Shown here piece after piece: positions 33,589 to 43,816 of a DNA stretch of 51,301 nt. Each line of letters starts with the position of its first letter. Position 1 is the stretch's first letter. Position numbers and translations under genes: made by a program. Origin of the DNA: Kiritimatiellia bacterium (GTDB lineage Bacteria; Verrucomicrobiota; Kiritimatiellia; RFP12; UBA1067). The notes under the pieces were generated by a model. It did no database searches and had not been told where the DNA came from. It saw nothing but the letters and a program-made list of their open reading frames with translations. The stretch spans positions 1 to 51,301 of the forward strand of contig JAGBTH010000029.1 of assembly GCA_017631385.1 (NCBI GenBank). The letters are read 5' to 3'.

Positions 33589-35248
33589 TAAGATTCTCCT
33601 TTGCTTTATAATTTCTTTGAATATCAATTAAATCCTGAACTCTCGCGCTGCGATTCGCGTTGAAATCACCTACGAACCAATCGGTTTTCATCTTCGATAT
33701 TACCTTTTCCATCGCCTCAGGACGATAAACCTCAGAATCCAACTCCTTTAAGGTTCTTAAAAACGATTCTCCAAGCTCAAATAACTTCCAGCCCCTAATC
33801 CGCTCCGACTCAGCGGGGACTAAAAAATTAACCTGACCAAACGCCTTTTGTGAACTTGCTGGAACATACCCTTCTTTATCAAGTTCTCCCGTATAACCGA
33901 AAGCGGAATAGAACATTCTCATCGCCCGCGCTTCCTGTTCGGTAAGATTGGTTTTAAGTCTCCTCCCGAAAGTTTGTGCGAAACTATCCGAAACCTTCCC
34001 CTCAATCATAGCGGCCTTATATTCACGCCAAATTTCAGCCTGGTCAGTTGCAATCTTCTGCGGATCGTACGTTCCTTCAGCCTGACAAAACATATTCCAC
34101 GTCAACCTACGCGAAAGCTCTTCTTCAAAGTGGCCTTGCTTGGCGCGTTCAATCTGATTATCCTTCTTCTCTAAAGCGTCCTTAATTCTCGTATAGGTCT
34201 CTAAATACTTTAAGGCTACCTCAGGGGCTAACTTCCGTAACTCCACATCATCGGCCATCTTCTTATATTCGAGCATATACTCACTATCAGGTAAGTCCTT
34301 ACCCATCAAATCAAGCTCGAACTGTACGCACTTCGCTTTTAGTGCGTCTCTATCCTTTTTTAGCTGATGCTCTTTTTCGCCTATTTTCCCTAACTTCGCA
34401 TCCTCCACCTTCTTTATGAGTCCTTTCATAAAATCATCTGGCAAGAGCTTTGTACTTACCTGAACAGAGGTAAGTTCACCCTTAAGAGAGGGTAAATCTT
34501 TTAAGTACGTCTCAGGATCTTCCTTAAGCCTCTTAAGAATAGCGTCAAAATGAACTTCCTCCGTTGCCCCGCGAAGGTCAAACAACACCAAATCCGCGTA
34601 TCTCGAGAGCGCCCAATCGCGGATGTACGCCTCGCGCTCGGGACCCGACCACTCCGTATGAAGATTCATCGCGTGATTTCTATTCTGTATCGCCCTTTGA
34701 GCGGATGTATTATTCATCGCCCCCATCGCCCAATCAAGCGAATCGCTCTTAACAAGCTCATCAGCGGCGCGAATCGAAGAGGCTCTTAACTCACGCGCCT
34801 CTTGCTGCATTAAAGAGCCTAAAAGAGTATCTCTTTGAGGCGCGAGCATAAGCTTAAGGCGGTTTTGGTGCTCTTCGGACTTTTCGCCCGCAATAGCTAT
34901 CATATCATTTTCAAAAGCCTCTCCCGCCTCCGCAGATACACCGTCTGCGCCAACACCCTGGCGATGAACATAACCGTTTTTAGGGTTTGTCATTCTTTGG
35001 CGCCAAATCTTTTTTATTTCGGTAGCGTCTATGGCAAGTTCTCTATCTTCCTTCTCTTTCTTTATCGCGGCTAAATCGACGATTAGATTCTGAAACCCGC
35101 GCCCAATATCGCGCCCAAACCCCGCGACACTTTGCCCTAACTTTGCCGCCGCATGAGCGCTCGATTGTAAATCAGGTAATTCTACTTTTCTTACCTCACC
35201 TAAATTACCGAGGCTTACGCGTCTTCTTGTATAGTCCCCTGTACCCAT
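33551..35248 (-). CDS. Internal virion protein (gp15-position)
   Basis: 565-aa helical protein between the gp14-like and giant genes. Assigned by synteny only. Confidence 0.5.
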   Translation of the reverse strand: MGTGDYTRRRVSLGNLGEVRKVELPDLQSSAHAAAKLGQSVAGFGRDIGRGFQNLIVDLAAIKKEKEDRELAIDATEIKKIWRQRMTNPKNGYVHRQGVGADGVSAEAGEAFENDMIAIAGEKSEEHQNRLKLMLAPQRDTLLGSLMQQEARELRASSIRAADELVKSDSLDWAMGAMNNTSAQRAIQNRNHAMNLHTEWSGPEREAYIRDWALSRYADLVLFDLRGATEEVHFDAILKRLKEDPETYLKDLPSLKGELTSVQVSTKLLPDDFMKGLIKKVEDAKLGKIGEKEHQLKKDRDALKAKCVQFELDLMGKDLPDSEYMLEYKKMADDVELRKLAPEVALKYLETYTRIKDALEKKDNQIERAKQGHFEEELSRRLTWNMFCQAEGTYDPQKIATDQAEIWREYKAAMIEGKVSDSFAQTFGRRLKTNLTEQEARAMRMFYSAFGYTGELDKEGYVPASSQKAFGQVNFLVPAESERIRGWKLFELGESFLRTLKELDSEVYRPEAMEKVISKMKTDWFVGDFNANRSARVQDLIDIQRNYKAKENLNVQEGKSGEASK

Positions 35249-35264
35249 GACTAATACCCTTTAT

Positions 35265-35840
35265 TTAAGCCAGTTTCGTAAATGTCCCGTAGCTCGATAA
35301 GCCCATACCGATTAAGGACCCAGCTCCGCTTAAGGAAGTTCCAAGAGCATTATACTTAGCCGCTTTTCTCGCGTTAGATCCCGAAATGATATTATTCTCA
35401 GCGCTTGCTAAAAGCGAGTTAGCATTAGATTTATAAGTCCATACATCAATTAACGCATTATTGCGGATAGTTGAAATATCAGCTTCTCCCTCCTGAACGG
35501 TCGAACTTAAAACATTACCGAAAGTATCTTTACTCTTATCAACGAGTAACCCGCTCCCCGCCCAGTTGGCGTATTGTGTCCCGATTTCAGCTGCGAGAAG
35601 TCTTGAGCGTTTCTCCGCTTCCTGCTCACCCTGGAGCTGCGCAATCGCGCTACGCTCATTCATAAGTTGAGCCTGATAACGGTTCTCAGCCGCTGCCGCA
35701 TTAGCCTGCTGTTCAGCGGCTTTACCCTCCTCATAACTTGAGTACGCGCTAAACGCCGTTCCTGCGATAATCGCCGCATCTGCCGCTACTGCCGCGAGTG
35801 TCCACCACCCGGCTCCCGCTGCTACTGCCGCCGCTGTCAT
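35265..35840 (-). CDS. Internal virion protein (gp14-like)
   Basis: 191 aa. Ala-rich hydrophobic N-terminus, then a Gln/Ala-rich helical region, similar in size and composition to T7 gp14. Synteny supports the call. Confidence 0.5.
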   Translation of the reverse strand: MTAAAVAAGAGWWTLAAVAADAAIIAGTAFSAYSSYEEGKAAEQQANAAAAENRYQAQLMNERSAIAQLQGEQEAEKRSRLLAAEIGTQYANWAGSGLLVDKSKDTFGNVLSSTVQEGEADISTIRNNALIDVWTYKSNANSLLASAENNIISGSNARKAAKYNALGTSLSGAGSLIGMGLSSYGTFTKLA

Positions 35841-36325
35841 CCTAAAGCCTCCTTTCGGGTAATTCCAAATAAAACAAAATTTGCGTTAGAAAAACTAACC
35901 TTATCTATTCTTCTCATCTTAAGGACTCTTTCATGCCAAAGGACGCTACCTACATAATCTTCATTAGGTAGCGACATAAATATATCTACATATTCGGGAG
36001 TTTCAGCAATAATCGCTTTCATTACCTTTCTTGAAAGCTTTACATAAGAAATCTTATACTTATTCGCGTTCTCGCAGCTCATATAGCATAGCCACCTCTT
36101 ATTTGAGTAGAATGTCTCGCCATAAGGCGGCATAACGCCACAATAGCCGATAATCTCGCCTTTATGCCTTACCGTCCAGCAATCCTCAAAAATCTTAATA
36201 AGTGTGCGCCCACCATCTAAACTTTCATGCTCAAGCCTATCGCCCTCACGAAAGTTAGTCTCTACATAATCTATATCCTCCTGAGTCGAAGGCTCAAGAG
36301 TTGTAAATTCATCTATCTCAATCAT
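35837..36325 (-). CDS. gp13-position internal virion protein, possible GNAT-like fold
   Basis: 162 aa. WTVRHKGEIIGYCGV pattern. Position immediately after the nozzle gene. Confidence 0.4.
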   Translation of the reverse strand: MIEIDEFTTLEPSTQEDIDYVETNFREGDRLEHESLDGGRTLIKIFEDCWTVRHKGEIIGYCGVMPPYGETFYSNKRWLCYMSCENANKYKISYVKLSRKVMKAIIAETPEYVDIFMSLPNEDYVGSVLWHERVLKMRRIDKVSFSNANFVLFGITRKEALG

Positions 36326-39198
36326 TGCGCTCCTTCGGATGTCTTATTGGCAAGCTCAATCTGATATGTAGTCGTAAGCGAAAGTATCGTTAAAGGCCAT
36401 GGCTTTAAGTGAGTAAGAATAATTCTCCCATCGCGCTTATTAGCTCCATAGAGAGTCTTTCTTATATCACCCTCATATAACTCTACTGTACCCTCGTCAG
36501 TTGACATTGGCTCAAACTCAAAGCTCCTATCATACTTTTCATCTACACCAAATTGATTCATCTTAAATGAACTACCCTCTATTACTCTAACTTCAAGTTC
36601 GGTAGCATTTTGGATTTCAGCCTGAATCGTCTCTTTAGGATCCCCCTCAGGGCGAACAGTCACCATCTTTGATAAAAACTGATAACCTACCGCCTCAAGA
36701 TCGAGACCTAAATATACCCCTATCGCCCCTTCGGGATTATCGTCTCTATCTACGCAAGTATCATAATAGCGCATCCCATCCATCGAAACTAAGCCTTTAG
36801 AGTCTCTTTTCCCCGCGTCGCTCTTAAGCCTCCAAATGCGCCAATCTCCATCGCGCTCAACGAGTAAGGCTACCTCATCTGCTCCATCTATAATTGCTTT
36901 TGAGTTAGCAATTCCCCGCGCTAAATACCCCCCTCCCAAAACCTGCTTGCTCCAGGCTACCATTTCATGCTCTTTCATGTAGACGAGAACAGCTAATGTC
37001 CCGTCCTCCAAGACACACCATACGAGCGAATCAGGCTCCTGCTGATATGCAAACTGGCGAATGGGATTACCGCGCGTTAAATCGCGGCTCAAGACCGACA
37101 AGTCGCTCGTCTCGTAGCCGTCAGTCGCGAAGCTATAGCGCGTCGCTCTAAGGGTTCTTCCTCCCCTATCTGCAAATATAATCTCATCTGCAACGCGAAC
37201 AGGCTTAAGCTCTTTAGCGCATCCTAACGAAGACTGCATTTTAGCGGTAACGGTCTTATAAGAAATCGCGTTCCCGCTTACAGGGGCTACCTCCCACTCT
37301 CCGGAATCACAAAAGAGCATAATATTCTTACACTCTAAAATGTGGTTAATCTCCGGAAACTCAGTCGCTGAAAGAGTAAAAGATAACGCATCATCCTCGC
37401 GGATCGAATCATGAACATCAAAGTTGTATAAGTCCCCTACGCAACTCATCCACATTGTAAACGGCTCATTTCGGCTCGAGGCAAAACAAAGACGCTGCTG
37501 ATTTACAGCTACGCATCCAGGATAATCGCCCGCCTTATCAAAGTGCGTCGCTACCGAGGGCGGCGTAATAGTCATGTCAGGCGAAATATAATCATCCTGA
37601 AAAACCTTCTTTATTCCCCAGGACGACTCAAACGACACTCCCTGAAAACATAAATACCCTGTCGTCTTTTCTGTCGAATCGGTAAAAGCCTCAATTTTGA
37701 TGTATCTTGTTTCAATCTTCTTCTTTGTCGAAGATGAAGTATTAGCAGCATCGGAGTATCCCGCATTCGTTAAAAGATCCTTGAAAGTTGCTGAAACGCG
37801 CCTTACAAGCTTTGCGCTATACTCTACAGCTGCAATTTGATTGCCGATACCGATCTCATTTAGTCCAGGATTAAGCGAATACCCAGTATCTCCAAAGTGA
37901 CCTGTAAGATTAACAGAAGTCGGGGCGGGAGAGTCGACGCTCTTCGATACCGTTTTCGTTGTCGCGCTTCCTACCTCGCCATAGCCCATAGTGATTTTAA
38001 GACGCTGCGAAGTAACTCCAATTCCGATAATATGCCTAAAGGTCAAATTCGGCGGGGGTCTAACCTGATTCATCTGAAGAGTAATCGCGAAATCCAATAG
38101 AAGCGAAATATCAGTTATTACTTTACCGTAGTTACTCCCAAAGTTGAGAGTAACCGCGCTTCCCCATAAAGCCCCTGTAGCGTCAGAGGGATAAATTAAA
38201 CCATCGAATGTCTCACCTGAATACTCGCTACGGTTAAGTACGCTCGATATATCAGATGTCGCCATAGTGCCTGAAGTATTGTTTCCTCGATAACGCGTGA
38301 GAGTCGATGAACTTGGATAAGCTAATACAGGTGACTTTGTGCCAGTTGTCGCGATAATACCAAAGCTTGTCGACTCCTTTTTATAAATGTTGAAGTAATC
38401 AGGATCTTCAGCATTATTTCCGTTATCTACCTCAAGTTCAAGGCGGCATGTATTCCCCCATGGAAGCTGATAAGAATACTGAAACTCCGCTGACGGCTCT
38501 GACTCTATACCGTCCTTAACGTATGTCGCAACATAGCTTACCGTCTTTGTCGAAGACGATGTACCCCAAGTTCCAGACTGCTTAATAGATAAAATGCGCG
38601 GCGGGAACCAGGTCTTATTGTTAAACTGAAGAATGTTATATTTAACTTCTTCACCTTCAAATACGATGCTCGCGGGAGGGTAATTCTTATGGACTAAAAA
38701 GACGGTATCGCCCGACTGCGCAAAATCAATCTCACTTAAATCATCATCCGCATAAGGGATTTGGCAATAAAAAGGCCTCACCTCTCCCTCACCATCCTCT
38801 ACCGCTACCGCTTCCCCTTCCAAATACTGATAAGGCGCAATATCGCGCGTCCAGGTACCGTCGGATAATTTAATACCTTCTGATCCGATTAGAAACGCCC
38901 TCATGCCCGTAAGCAAAATAAAATACCCCTTTTTCTTTTCGTATACAAGAGGAATAAGTCGAGCCTTATTTATGCTGTTATGGATAAACTGATCGTCACT
39001 TACCTGATAGCCGAGAAGATTCTTAAGGTTAACAAGCTCATCGCTCCCGCGTCGCTTGGATATGGCGCCCGTACGCCTTACGATAAAGTTCTCAAGGGTA
39101 GTCGCAGCCTCAGGATATTTCGCAAGGTCCGCTCTACCCATCAGCTCACGGTCGAATACACCGCCCTTCCAACTGCACTGTGTACGCTTAAAAAGCAT
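36322..39198 (-). CDS. Tail tubular protein B / nozzle (T7 gp12-like)
   Basis: N-terminal SWKGGVFDRELMGRADLAKYPEAATTLENFIVRRTGAISKRRG parallels gp12 KNLKGGISQQPDILRYPDQ...GLQKRPP. Later blocks (GDLYNFD, EDDALSFTL, LFCDSGEWEV, FADRGGRTLRATRY) parallel gp12 blocks recalled from memory. Confidence 0.7.
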   Translation of the reverse strand: MLFKRTQCSWKGGVFDRELMGRADLAKYPEAATTLENFIVRRTGAISKRRGSDELVNLKNLLGYQVSDDQFIHNSINKARLIPLVYEKKKGYFILLTGMRAFLIGSEGIKLSDGTWTRDIAPYQYLEGEAVAVEDGEGEVRPFYCQIPYADDDLSEIDFAQSGDTVFLVHKNYPPASIVFEGEEVKYNILQFNNKTWFPPRILSIKQSGTWGTSSSTKTVSYVATYVKDGIESEPSAEFQYSYQLPWGNTCRLELEVDNGNNAEDPDYFNIYKKESTSFGIIATTGTKSPVLAYPSSSTLTRYRGNNTSGTMATSDISSVLNRSEYSGETFDGLIYPSDATGALWGSAVTLNFGSNYGKVITDISLLLDFAITLQMNQVRPPPNLTFRHIIGIGVTSQRLKITMGYGEVGSATTKTVSKSVDSPAPTSVNLTGHFGDTGYSLNPGLNEIGIGNQIAAVEYSAKLVRRVSATFKDLLTNAGYSDAANTSSSTKKKIETRYIKIEAFTDSTEKTTGYLCFQGVSFESSWGIKKVFQDDYISPDMTITPPSVATHFDKAGDYPGCVAVNQQRLCFASSRNEPFTMWMSCVGDLYNFDVHDSIREDDALSFTLSATEFPEINHILECKNIMLFCDSGEWEVAPVSGNAISYKTVTAKMQSSLGCAKELKPVRVADEIIFADRGGRTLRATRYSFATDGYETSDLSVLSRDLTRGNPIRQFAYQQEPDSLVWCVLEDGTLAVLVYMKEHEMVAWSKQVLGGGYLARGIANSKAIIDGADEVALLVERDGDWRIWRLKSDAGKRDSKGLVSMDGMRYYDTCVDRDDNPEGAIGVYLGLDLEAVGYQFLSKMVTVRPEGDPKETIQAEIQNATELEVRVIEGSSFKMNQFGVDEKYDRSFEFEPMSTDEGTVELYEGDIRKTLYGANKRDGRIILTHLKPWPLTILSLTTTYQIELANKTSEGAQ

Positions 39199-40185
39199 TT
39201 ACCGCCTCCTTCGCCTCATTGAGGGGCCCTTACGCATTTGCTCCACATAGTAATTCTTACCCCAAATGTCTTCAGGCGAAGGCTTAGATTGTCTCGTATC
39301 TTTTAGTTTCGCGGTCGCTAAACTGTCGCGATAGAGTTTCTCACCCAACTCTGCACCGCTTAACGCTCCAATCGCCTTTGTAATATCAGCTGAAATCCTA
39401 AGTACGACAAGCCTTAAAACATCACTTGAAAACTCTTCTATATCCTCTACATCGCGAATATAAAGTATTCTCGCGATGGGAGATTTTGCTCTAACCTCTC
39501 CCGACGTAATCTGCCAGGAGAGAACTTCACCGTCTGCGCCATATACCGTAACAACCTTAAGTAGGTCATGAGGCAACTGCACCGAATGAACATAACCACC
39601 AAGGCCCGGGAGCGTCAGCCTCACCGATGGCGTAAAGTCTTCATCTAAAGCAAAGCTCCACGGATGCGAGGAGACTACTTCTTTTATTACGCTCGATCTA
39701 ATTACGCGTATCTTCTTTAGGATATACTCTATCGACCTTGGTAGCGCCTTATCCTCAGTCGAGAACGCGCCTACCATAGTGGCGATAACCTCAGCCTCCA
39801 ACGGATCTTCTACAGGCTCCTCCGATAAATCCTTAATTCGAGCGTCGGTTAAGAGACCAGAATAAATCGCATGAAGATTCTTTAAGTCCTCAGTCCTTCC
39901 TGCAATCTGAACAGACAGCTCACGCGCTAACTGATAAACCAAGAGCTTACGTATATTATCTGGCCAAAGTGATATATCATCTTTCGCGGCAGGATTCTTT
40001 CTAATAAAGTACCAGTCATGCGAAGATAAGACTTCGCTTACCGCGAACGTGAACGCCTTTTTACATTTAACCCATTCCATGCTCGTATCGTTTTGAGCAT
40101 CTTCTATTTTAGGTAGCGTCACATCCTGACGGATGAGATAGAGCGCCTCCTCGCAAACTTCGAGCATGGATTGGTTAATGTTCAT
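39199..40185 (-). CDS. Tail tubular protein A / adaptor (gp11-position)
   Basis: 328 aa immediately upstream of the nozzle gene. The N-terminal helix pattern is like podovirus adaptors. Confidence 0.5.
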   Translation of the reverse strand: MNINQSMLEVCEEALYLIRQDVTLPKIEDAQNDTSMEWVKCKKAFTFAVSEVLSSHDWYFIRKNPAAKDDISLWPDNIRKLLVYQLARELSVQIAGRTEDLKNLHAIYSGLLTDARIKDLSEEPVEDPLEAEVIATMVGAFSTEDKALPRSIEYILKKIRVIRSSVIKEVVSSHPWSFALDEDFTPSVRLTLPGLGGYVHSVQLPHDLLKVVTVYGADGEVLSWQITSGEVRAKSPIARILYIRDVEDIEEFSSDVLRLVVLRISADITKAIGALSGAELGEKLYRDSLATAKLKDTRQSKPSPEDIWGKNYYVEQMRKGPSMRRRRR

Positions 40186-40190
40186 GTTTT

Positions 40191-40505
40191 TTAATTAAGC
40201 TTAATTGTTGCAAATACAATCTGTACAAGAGTTCTTAAAAGCGTATTGGCCGCCTGTTTACCTGAAGCCAATCCGTTTGCCTTTAAGATATTAACCGCGT
40301 CGTTAAGCGCCTGATTGCCGGTGACGCCGCTTTTCATGACGGAGATAATCGCGTTTTCAGCAGCTTCACGGTTTTTAGGATTATTAACGAACTCGTTAAG
40401 CGTCTCGCTCGCAGTATCGAGTATCGCGTCTTTAGCCTTAGCGACATTCTCGAGCGTCTTCCTGGAGAAGAGGCCCAGGAACCAGTTTTTGATTTTTGCC
40501 CACAT
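40191..40505 (-). CDS. Small phage protein (104 aa from the internal ATG with an AAGGA RBS)
   Basis: MWAKIKNWFLGLFS... Starting at 40505 removes the overlap with the upstream ORF. Confidence 0.5.
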   Translation of the reverse strand: MWAKIKNWFLGLFSRKTLENVAKAKDAILDTASETLNEFVNNPKNREAAENAIISVMKSGVTGNQALNDAVNILKANGLASGKQAANTLLRTLVQIVFATIKLN

Positions 40506-40525
40506 TAGTTTTTTCCTTTCTTTTG

Positions 40526-40873
40526 TTACTTCGCCTCGGCTGCGTTCAAGAGCCTTGTCATGACGCCCCTCGGCAAAATCCACTCTACGGTCTCACTCGT
40601 ATTAGTGTGTACGCCTCCAGGCTGTAAGGCTATCGCCTTATCACCCTCTCGAACATATACCGTTCGAGCGCTAAAACAGCCTAAGAGAAAGAAAAATGAA
40701 ACGATAATAACTAAACCTACCTTAGAAATACGCGCATTAACTTTATCCTCATCGCCTCGCGCAACCTCATCGGCTACCTTCTCACGCTCGGCTTTCTCTT
40801 TAGCCTTAGCGCGACTTTCAGAAAATAGCCAGGTTACTACCGAACACGCAGCCTTAATAATCCAGCTCCACAT
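40526..40873 (-). CDS. Membrane protein with an internal lipobox-like LLGC (possible spanin- or lysis-related)
   Basis: N-terminal hydrophobic segment, a charged coil, then VGLVIIVSFFFLLGCFS. Confidence 0.4.
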   Translation of the reverse strand: MWSWIIKAACSVVTWLFSESRAKAKEKAEREKVADEVARGDEDKVNARISKVGLVIIVSFFFLLGCFSARTVYVREGDKAIALQPGGVHTNTSETVEWILPRGVMTRLLNAAEAK

Positions 40874-40886
40874 AATTTATTCCTCC

Positions 40887-41102
40887 TTATTTAATTGCTA
40901 CACCGACGAGACTTCCAATAATCCCGATTAAAGCGCCTACGAGCCATTGAAGCCACTTCTTGTCGGATCCCTCCTGACGGTCGCACTTTTCGAGATTGCA
41001 GATTCGCTTTTCCCGCTCACAGCAAAGCCCCTTTATTTCAGAGACGTCGCTTTGAATATTATCGAGCCGCTCGAAGATGCGTCTAATATTACTCTCTCCC
41101 AT
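40887..41102 (-). CDS. Small C-terminally anchored membrane protein (holin-like candidate)
   Basis: 71 aa with TM helix WLQWLVGALIGIIGSLVGVAI. Confidence 0.4.
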   Translation of the reverse strand: MGESNIRRIFERLDNIQSDVSEIKGLCCEREKRICNLEKCDRQEGSDKKWLQWLVGALIGIIGSLVGVAIK

Positions 41103-42349
41103 TACTGTACCCCCAAGAGAGTTTTAAGTTCAGCTAACTCTGTAGCGCTAAGGCCTTTAATGAGATCAATAAGCGTACTTGGCTTAAGCCGCTCTGACGG
41201 CACCTTACCTTGAGCGTCTATTATCTGATAATCCCTAAACTGCAATGTATCATTATTTGGATTTTTACCATTGCCTAATTGAAATGCCCTTAAGCCTGTA
41301 ACTTCAGCTCCGGCGCCAAGCGCAAGTGACGGACGCGCTAACTTCAGGTCAACATCGTCAACTAAAGCTATTACTCCATCTCTACCTTTCGGTAATTCCA
41401 TATAGTGACTTCCTCCGTCAGTAGTAATTTCGCCTGTTGCCGTAGCTATTTCTAATCCACCAACTCCAAGACGGATAAAATCATCACCAGCCGAAAAGAA
41501 GGTACTCGTTATAAAATCAGCTCCATATATAGCCCAAGGATCATCACCCTTACCGCTATTAGGATATATTGCAATATCATTTGTAAGGCAAATATAATTA
41601 GGGTACCAGTCCTTCTTAATTCCCCTTACGCACAAATTTAGATCCTCTTCGAGCGCAAGCGTACCTTCTCTATCAGGCAAGTAAAATAGATTCCTACCCT
41701 TAAAAAGCGCATATTCACCAGAATTAAGCCCCCATTCACCCCAAAAGGAAAGTCCCTCCTGACTTAGACAATAAAACTCCGTCTCTATAAAATCTCCATC
41801 TATCGTCAAATCAGCGTATCTACCTTTTTGTACAACCTTATTGGTAAAGACTACCGCATCATCCCACTTCTTAATTCCGCTATAACCTTTTTTCACTCTC
41901 GGAAAATTATCTTCTACCCAATCATAATCAAACGCTTGAGTGTTGCTATTAGTCTTAATACTTTCAGATAACTCAGTTAATGACTCTTGAACCCACGCCC
42001 TATCTGCCGCGCTCATCGTTTCAACTTTATTCGATAAAGTATTTAACGACTCTACCACCCATGCCCTGTCAGTTGCACTTTGCTGAGTAATCATAGCTCT
42101 TAAAGGCGCAATAGAATCGGTATACATGACCTTATTAGTTACGACTTGGGTGTCGTTAGTTGAAACGATAAGCTTCTCTGCCTTACCTTCAAGCGACTTT
42201 TCCATCCACGCTCTGTCTGTCGCGCTTTGCTTCTCGACACTTTCAGACAAAGACTTTAGCGACTTCTCAACCCATGCCCTATTAGCGGTTCTATCGCCAA
42301 ATGCGACAGACGCTAAAATCAAAAATGCTGCCATCATCAGTTTTTTCAT
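41102..42349 (-). CDS. Fibre/receptor-binding-like protein with a Sec-type signal peptide and four DRAW(V/M)xxSL repeats
   Basis: MKKLMMAAFLILASVAFG. Repeats TANRAWVEKSL, ATDRAWMEKSL, ATDRAWVVESL and AADRAWVQESL. Confidence 0.5.
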   Translation of the reverse strand: MKKLMMAAFLILASVAFGDRTANRAWVEKSLKSLSESVEKQSATDRAWMEKSLEGKAEKLIVSTNDTQVVTNKVMYTDSIAPLRAMITQQSATDRAWVVESLNTLSNKVETMSAADRAWVQESLTELSESIKTNSNTQAFDYDWVEDNFPRVKKGYSGIKKWDDAVVFTNKVVQKGRYADLTIDGDFIETEFYCLSQEGLSFWGEWGLNSGEYALFKGRNLFYLPDREGTLALEEDLNLCVRGIKKDWYPNYICLTNDIAIYPNSGKGDDPWAIYGADFITSTFFSAGDDFIRLGVGGLEIATATGEITTDGGSHYMELPKGRDGVIALVDDVDLKLARPSLALGAGAEVTGLRAFQLGNGKNPNNDTLQFRDYQIIDAQGKVPSERLKPSTLIDLIKGLSATELAELKTLLGVQ

Positions 42350-42359
42350 TTATTACTCC

Positions 42360-42560
42360 TTATTCTTTGTTAATAACTAAATCAATACCGTCCGCATCAT
42401 CGGCTATATCGAGCGTATACTTTACCCCGCTTTTTTCGACCACAAGAGGCAGCTTTAACGCTTTAAGCGACTCTTCAATTCTCGCAATACCCTCACGCGC
42501 TACCGCGTCTTTGACATTATGGGTATTAGAGCCAATTATAATTTTAGATATATCAGCCAT
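42360..42560 (-). CDS. Small phage protein
   Basis: 66-aa ORF packed tightly within the operon. Confidence 0.45.
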   Translation of the reverse strand: MADISKIIIGSNTHNVKDAVAREGIARIEESLKALKLPLVVEKSGVKYTLDIADDADGIDLVINKE

Positions 42561-42572
42561 ACTTCACCTTTT

Positions 42573-43175
42573 TTACGATACGGTTATAGTGCTCTTCTCC
42601 CCGGTGAAAATAGGCTCACCCGCCCAGATTTGAATCTTTGTCATAGCCTTAACACTACTTGTCGTTATCTTCAAAGTCTCACTTTCACTATCTACGCTAA
42701 AAGTAACATGGCTTACTGTAGCGGTCGACGGCGAATTAGTAACATTAGGCTTGCTAATTTTTCCTTTGGGCGTATAACTCACGCTCGCTGAATCTTTGAA
42801 TGCTAATGCTCGTAATGTCCCCGTAGAGCCTAATTCACTCCATTTAGATCCAGTCCAAATAAACTCTATCGAAGTCGCAGCGTCTAAGACACTCTTCTTT
42901 GCTACTACAAAATCACCTACATTCGCGATAACATCCTCGCCGTCAACTTGGACCTTCCTTAATTGGCTACCATCATATAAATCTGAGGTCGTAACACCTA
43001 TAAAGCGAGTACCATTCTTTATAGTTTCTAATATCTCCTGAATGGCATTCGCATTAGCGCCGATTTGACTTTTAGTCTCCTTTAGAGCTGCATCAAGCTC
43101 CTGATCCTTAATATGATGAACTTTACCGTCAGGAGTCCTAATTGCGCTAATATAAGATTTATCTTCATTTTCCAT
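42573..43175 (-). CDS. Putative fibre/structural protein
   Basis: 200 aa with an N-terminal coiled segment and a beta-rich C-terminus. Confidence 0.45.
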   Translation of the reverse strand: MENEDKSYISAIRTPDGKVHHIKDQELDAALKETKSQIGANANAIQEILETIKNGTRFIGVTTSDLYDGSQLRKVQVDGEDVIANVGDFVVAKKSVLDAATSIEFIWTGSKWSELGSTGTLRALAFKDSASVSYTPKGKISKPNVTNSPSTATVSHVTFSVDSESETLKITTSSVKAMTKIQIWAGEPIFTGEKSTITVS

Positions 43176-43189
43176 TTGTTTAGCCTCCT

Positions 43190-43810
43190 TTAAGACTCAT
43201 AACTAAATGAAAGAACTCCATCTATCTCGCGCTTACAGGTAATGCGGGCTTTAAGCCAATCTACCTTAAGCCCTGTACCTTTAAGCTCAATGCCGCTTTC
43301 ATCAACCATAACGATGCTTTTAGGCTCTATAGGCTCTTTTATGGCGTTATCTCCCTTATCCCCATCATCGCCCTTCTCACCCTTCATGGTAACGGGAGTA
43401 CCGTCGACCTTAAAGTAGACCGGCGAATATTCGAGCTGGAATATACCTTGAGCTACTACCTCGCGCTCTTCTTCATTCCATAGGTAGGCATAAAGGAAAA
43501 CTGATGAGCCTAACTTAAACTCCCCCGTAGAGAATATATCCAATATCTCTTGAGTTGAAAGGTTAAGTGTCATTACCCCACCCTCATTCGTAGAAGTAGC
43601 AACACACCTAATCCCCTCCGCCGGAAATACCCTCACTCTCGGCGCGATATTAGGCTCGGTAAATACGCGCCTATCGAGATAATATAAAGCGAGCGTTGAA
43701 GGCTCGTTGTAGCCTAAAAGAGTAACGGTTAGCTTACTGCCCGCAAAAACCGCCTTGGCGAATTTAAGCCGACCCTTTTTAACATCAACTTTAACTTCAA
43801 GCTCGCTCAT
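43190..43810 (-). CDS. Structural protein with a short collagen-like GxY stretch
   Basis: 206 aa containing GEKGDDGDKGD. Confidence 0.45.
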   Translation of the reverse strand: MSELEVKVDVKKGRLKFAKAVFAGSKLTVTLLGYNEPSTLALYYLDRRVFTEPNIAPRVRVFPAEGIRCVATSTNEGGVMTLNLSTQEILDIFSTGEFKLGSSVFLYAYLWNEEEREVVAQGIFQLEYSPVYFKVDGTPVTMKGEKGDDGDKGDNAIKEPIEPKSIVMVDESGIELKGTGLKVDWLKARITCKREIDGVLSFSYES

Positions 43811-43816
43811 ATTTTT

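Noticed and set aside
19756-33627. Dozens of 60-160-aa plus-strand ORFs inside the giant gene (for example 25906..26310, 22394..22885, 31042..31428)
   Set aside because: They lie antisense to an uninterrupted 13.8-kb ORF, have low-complexity composition and no RBS context, so they are treated as shadow ORFs.
36322-39198. The 958-aa protein as a large terminase or polymerase
   Set aside because: It has no Walker A or polymerase motifs. The N-terminal and internal blocks parallel T7 gp12 (nozzle), and its position after a gp11-like gene fits a tail tube protein.
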